Shown here: positions 60,900 to 64,000 of the stretch, in pieces
Layout of the letters: each line of letters begins with the position of its first letter
How positions within the stretch are numbered: the first letter of the stretch is position 1
Source of the DNA: Candidatus Alkanophaga liquidiphilum
GTDB lineage: Archaea > Halobacteriota > Syntropharchaeia > Alkanophagales > B39-G2
Length of the DNA: 64,000 nucleotides
Reading direction: 5' to 3'
NCBI GenBank assembly: GCA_029259535.1
Contig: JAPHEF010000002.1
Location: forward strand, 11,308 to 75,307
Notes under the pieces: model-generated
Seen by the model: only the letters and a program-made list of their open reading frames with translations
Told to the model about the DNA's origin: nothing
Databases searched by the model: none
Program-made: the position numbers and the translations under genes

Positions 60900-61994
60900 T
60901 TGGGCATGGCGCTGCTCATCTTTGGGGACAGTGTGCGCAATGCCGATATGTATTACCTAACGAGGCTCCTCGCCCCCGACCCTTTTATCTATATACGAGG
61001 TGATGACGGCTCCGAGCTTCTAATCATCTCGCAGATGGAGGTCGAGCGTGCCCGGCAGGAGGCGAAGGTGAAGAACGTCCGTGCGTCGTCGGAATTCGGG
61101 AAGAAGGCTGAGGACGTCATCGCCGCCGCCCTCAAAGAGCTGGGCGTGAGAGCCGTAGAAGTTCCCAAATATTTCCCGCTGTGGCTTGCTGAGGAGCTGC
61201 GGCAGCGAGGCTTCGCCGTCACTCCGAAGTTTGACCACGTCGAAGCCAGAGAGGTGAAAAGCAGGCGTGAAATCTCTTTGATAAGGCAGGCGCAGCGTGC
61301 CTGCGAGGCAGCGATGCAACGCGTTCTTTCCGAAATCGAAAACGCACGAGTTAGGAACGGCGTGCTGGTCAGCGGACGCCGCACCTTAACTTCGGAACGC
61401 CTCAGGACGCTTGTCGCACACACGCTCCTTGATAACGGCTGCTTCGCCCACGACATCATAATCTCTTGCGGCAAGGACTCTGCAAACCCGCATTTCGCCG
61501 GCGCTGGCGCATTAAAGGCTGACGAACCGATAGTTCTGGATTTTGCCCCACAATTGCTCAAGGAACGGTATTTTTCGGACATGACGAGGACCGTCGTGAA
61601 GGTTGAAGGGGGCGTGCCGCTGAAGGTTAAAGAGATGTTCGAAGCAGTGCTTGAGGCGCAGAGAGGCGCTCTTGAGAGAATTAGGGCAGGCGTGCCGTGC
61701 AAGGAGGTTCACGATGCAGTTTGCGATTTTTTCGAAGAATTGGGCTATGGGACGCTCCGCAAGAACGCAAAAACCGGCTTCATACATTCGACGGGACACG
61801 GCGTCGGCATCGCCCTCCACGAGCCGCCCACGCTCGGCGACAACGAATACGTTCTGAAAAAGGGAAACGTCGTGACCGTAGAGCCGGGACTCTACGAGCC
61901 TGAGGTAGGCGGCGTTCGCCTCGAAGACGTCGTGGTCGTGCGGCAGGACGGCTGCGAAAACCTGACGAAGTTCGAAAAACGGCTTGAGCTTTAA
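60900..61994 (+). CDS. Xaa-Pro aminopeptidase (M24)
   Basis: SDMTRT, HSTGHGVG..HE, TVEPGLY, GVRLED. Confidence 0.92.
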   Translation: MGMALLIFGDSVRNADMYYLTRLLAPDPFIYIRGDDGSELLIISQMEVERARQEAKVKNVRASSEFGKKAEDVIAAALKELGVRAVEVPKYFPLWLAEELRQRGFAVTPKFDHVEAREVKSRREISLIRQAQRACEAAMQRVLSEIENARVRNGVLVSGRRTLTSERLRTLVAHTLLDNGCFAHDIIISCGKDSANPHFAGAGALKADEPIVLDFAPQLLKERYFSDMTRTVVKVEGGVPLKVKEMFEAVLEAQRGALERIRAGVPCKEVHDAVCDFFEELGYGTLRKNAKTGFIHSTGHGVGIALHEPPTLGDNEYVLKKGNVVTVEPGLYEPEVGGVRLEDVVVVRQDGCENLTKFEKRLEL

Positions 61995-62115
61995 GAAGAC
62001 GCAATGAGGATGCCGAAGCCCATGCGAATACGGAGAGGCACGTCCGAACGGCTTCTGTTGAAATTGGTGTTGAGGGGGCGCCCTTTATTAAGTGCGACGC
62101 TCAAGGGTGAGCTCT

Positions 62116-64000
62116 TCATGGCTGAAGCGGGCGCCTCATGCCTCTCGGCTCAGACTCCTTTGAGCCCGCTCCAGAGTCCTCGCCGAAAAATTGTAAAGGG
62201 ATAAACGCATTGATTCCCTTCTCTACCTCCTTGACCTCTTCGTCATCCCCTGCCCTCGTGATGTACCTCCAATCCGCGCGATCCTCGCTTATCAATCCGG
62301 ATTCGTCGAAGAGAGCGACGTACCACGATGCGTTGAACGATAATCTCCACGCCGGGAGCCGCCACCGCAGCGTGAACGTCTTTTCGTAGAGCGGCGGCAG
62401 CCATAGCGATCTGCTTATTATCGGGAGATGCAGCCCGTAATCCGGTAGGTCAAGACGCCACAGGAAACGCACGTCCTGCCATTCGCCCGTCGGGTTCCGC
62501 AGCGTCAAGTTTATGAGCATGATATCGCCGGCGGTGTATTCGTATTTGTCCGTCGAGACCGAGACCGCTGGCGTCGGCGGCGGCAGCACCGTGATGAGCA
62601 CGCTCGTCGAGTTCGTAGCTCCGCCGCCGTCCGTGACGGTGAGCGTCACCGTGTAGCTCCCTGCCGCTGAATACGCATGCGTCACCACCACCCCGGAGGC
62701 GGTCGCCCCGTCCCCGAAGTCCCATTCGTAAGAAACGATAACGCCATCAGGATCGTAAGAGGCGGACGCATCGAATGTTACTGTTTGATTAACCGACGGG
62801 TGTTTCGGTGAGTACGTGAAGCTCGCAACCGGCGGACGAGTCTCTAGCAAGTAATTCTCAAAGGGCTCGACTAGCGGGTAGTAGTCCTTGTCACCATCTA
62901 TGCTGTAGGGCGTATCACCGATTCCATCGCCGTCCGCATCACTTCCCGTATAATCGTCCCAGTAGTTTCCTAAGTAGTTCGTGTATGTCCTGCCTTCGTA
63001 GGTGTATGTCATCTGCGAGGTCGAATTCCAGACGTTCGTTAAATACCAGAAATAAACGCTGTCGGCGTTGTTTATGAAGTTGTTGAGGTATATGACGTTG
63101 CTACTCAAACCCCACAAGCGGATGCCATACCCGTTGTCCGAGAGGGTGTTGCCTGTGATGGTGTTGTTGTTGCTCGAGGCACCCAACTCGATGCCACACC
63201 CGTTGTCCAAGATGGTGTTGCCGGTGATGACGTTGTTGCTCGAACTCTTCAACTGGATGCCATGCATGTTGTTCGAGAGGGTGTTGCCGGTGATGACGTT
63301 GTTGTTGCTCGAAAACCGCAAGTAGATGCCATAATACCCGTTGTCCGAGAGGGTGTTGCCGGTGATGGTGTTACTGCTTGAATCATACAAGTAGATACCA
63401 TACCACTCGTTGTTCGAAACGCTGTTACCTGTGATGACGTTGTTGCTCGAACTCTTCAACTGGATGCCATCATCCCCGTTGTTCGAGACGCTGTTGCCGG
63501 TGATGGTGTTATTGCTCGAACTCTTCAACTTGATGCCATCATCCATGTTGTTCGATACATTATTGTTCTTAATAATATTCTGTGAGGAGAAGCCGATTTC
63601 AATTCCAACGTCCGTGTTTTTAATGATTAAGTTCTCTAAGAGCATTCTTGTGCAATTTGCGAGTATTACCTGTCCTGCATCTTCAGGAACTTTCCCCCCG
63701 TTCCTGTCCTTGAAGTAGTATAACGGCTTCCCGTTGACCGTGTTGTCTTCTATTGTGTGCGTGTTCCAGTGCCTCAGCTCGTCACCCCAAATAACAACGC
63801 CGTCGTTCGTCATCGTGTTGCCGGTGATGGTGTTACTGCTTGAATCATACAAGTAGATACCATACCACTCGTTGTTCGAAACGCTGTTACCTGTGATGAC
63901 GTTGTTGCTCGAACTCTTCAACTGGATGCCATCATCCCCGTTGTTCGAGACGCTGTTGCCGGTGATGGTGTTATTGCTCGAACTCTTCAACTTGATGCCA
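62116..64000 (-). CDS. NosD/CASH parallel beta-helix + PKD domain surface protein (5' partial)
   Basis: GIxLxxSSNNxITGN repeats, GNYWDDY..DGDGIGD, PKD motif YEWDFGDG. Confidence 0.88.
   Translation of the reverse strand, partial: GIKLKSSSNNTITGNSVSNNGDDGIQLKSSSNNVITGNSVSNNEWYGIYLYDSSSNTITGNTMTNDGVVIWGDELRHWNTHTIEDNTVNGKPLYYFKDRNGGKVPEDAGQVILANCTRMLLENLIIKNTDVGIEIGFSSQNIIKNNNVSNNMDDGIKLKSSSNNTITGNSVSNNGDDGIQLKSSSNNVITGNSVSNNEWYGIYLYDSSSNTITGNTLSDNGYYGIYLRFSSNNNVITGNTLSNNMHGIQLKSSSNNVITGNTILDNGCGIELGASSNNNTITGNTLSDNGYGIRLWGLSSNVIYLNNFINNADSVYFWYLTNVWNSTSQMTYTYEGRTYTNYLGNYWDDYTGSDADGDGIGDTPYSIDGDKDYYPLVEPFENYLLETRPPVASFTYSPKHPSVNQTVTFDASASYDPDGVIVSYEWDFGDGATASGVVVTHAYSAAGSYTVTLTVTDGGGATNSTSVLITVLPPPTPAVSVSTDKYEYTAGDIMLINLTLRNPTGEWQDVRFLWRLDLPDYGLHLPIISRSLWLPPLYEKTFTLRWRLPAWRLSFNASWYVALFDESGLISEDRADWRYITRAGDDEEVKEVEKGINAFIPLQFFGEDSGAGSKESEPRGMRRPLQP
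63353..64000. repeat. exact direct repeat of at least 186 bp (63353-63538 = 63815-64000), period 462 bp
   Basis: Nucleotide-identical blocks within the beta-helix gene. Confidence 0.9.

Overview
Archaeal genomic window, about 50% GC, from a methanogen-related euryarchaeon. Archaellins, RpoN/RpoK, L18e/LX, CofG and the F430 genes cfbD/cfbE occur together with acyl-CoA/beta-oxidation genes; my inference is an ANME-1/Syntrophoarchaeia-like alkane oxidiser. The first 6.6 kb are an accessory hotspot. Two integron attC-like sites flank a decayed hicBA cassette. An old glutamate synthase gene is split into 5' and 3' remnants around an intact frhB-like + glutamate synthase pair. There is also an apparently intact IsrB OMEGA element (omegaRNA, guide, GTGA TAM) and a TnpB-type right-end remnant. 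Next come a KaiC/GvpD-like ATPase, a wHTH regulator, two Ig-fold surface proteins and an archaellum operon that ends at flaH. A 13.5-kb operon for a group 4 [NiFe]-hydrogenase with an NAD(P)H module is decaying (frameshifts, a stop codon, an IS5 insertion). The right half is mostly housekeeping: ribosomal/RNAP genes, tRNA-Pro, secDF, transporters, cfbDE, tmk, glnA. It also holds candidate structured RNAs (rps15 leader, RNA upstream of glnA) and a probably ATPase-dead chaperonin. All calls come from reading motifs by eye; no database searches were run.
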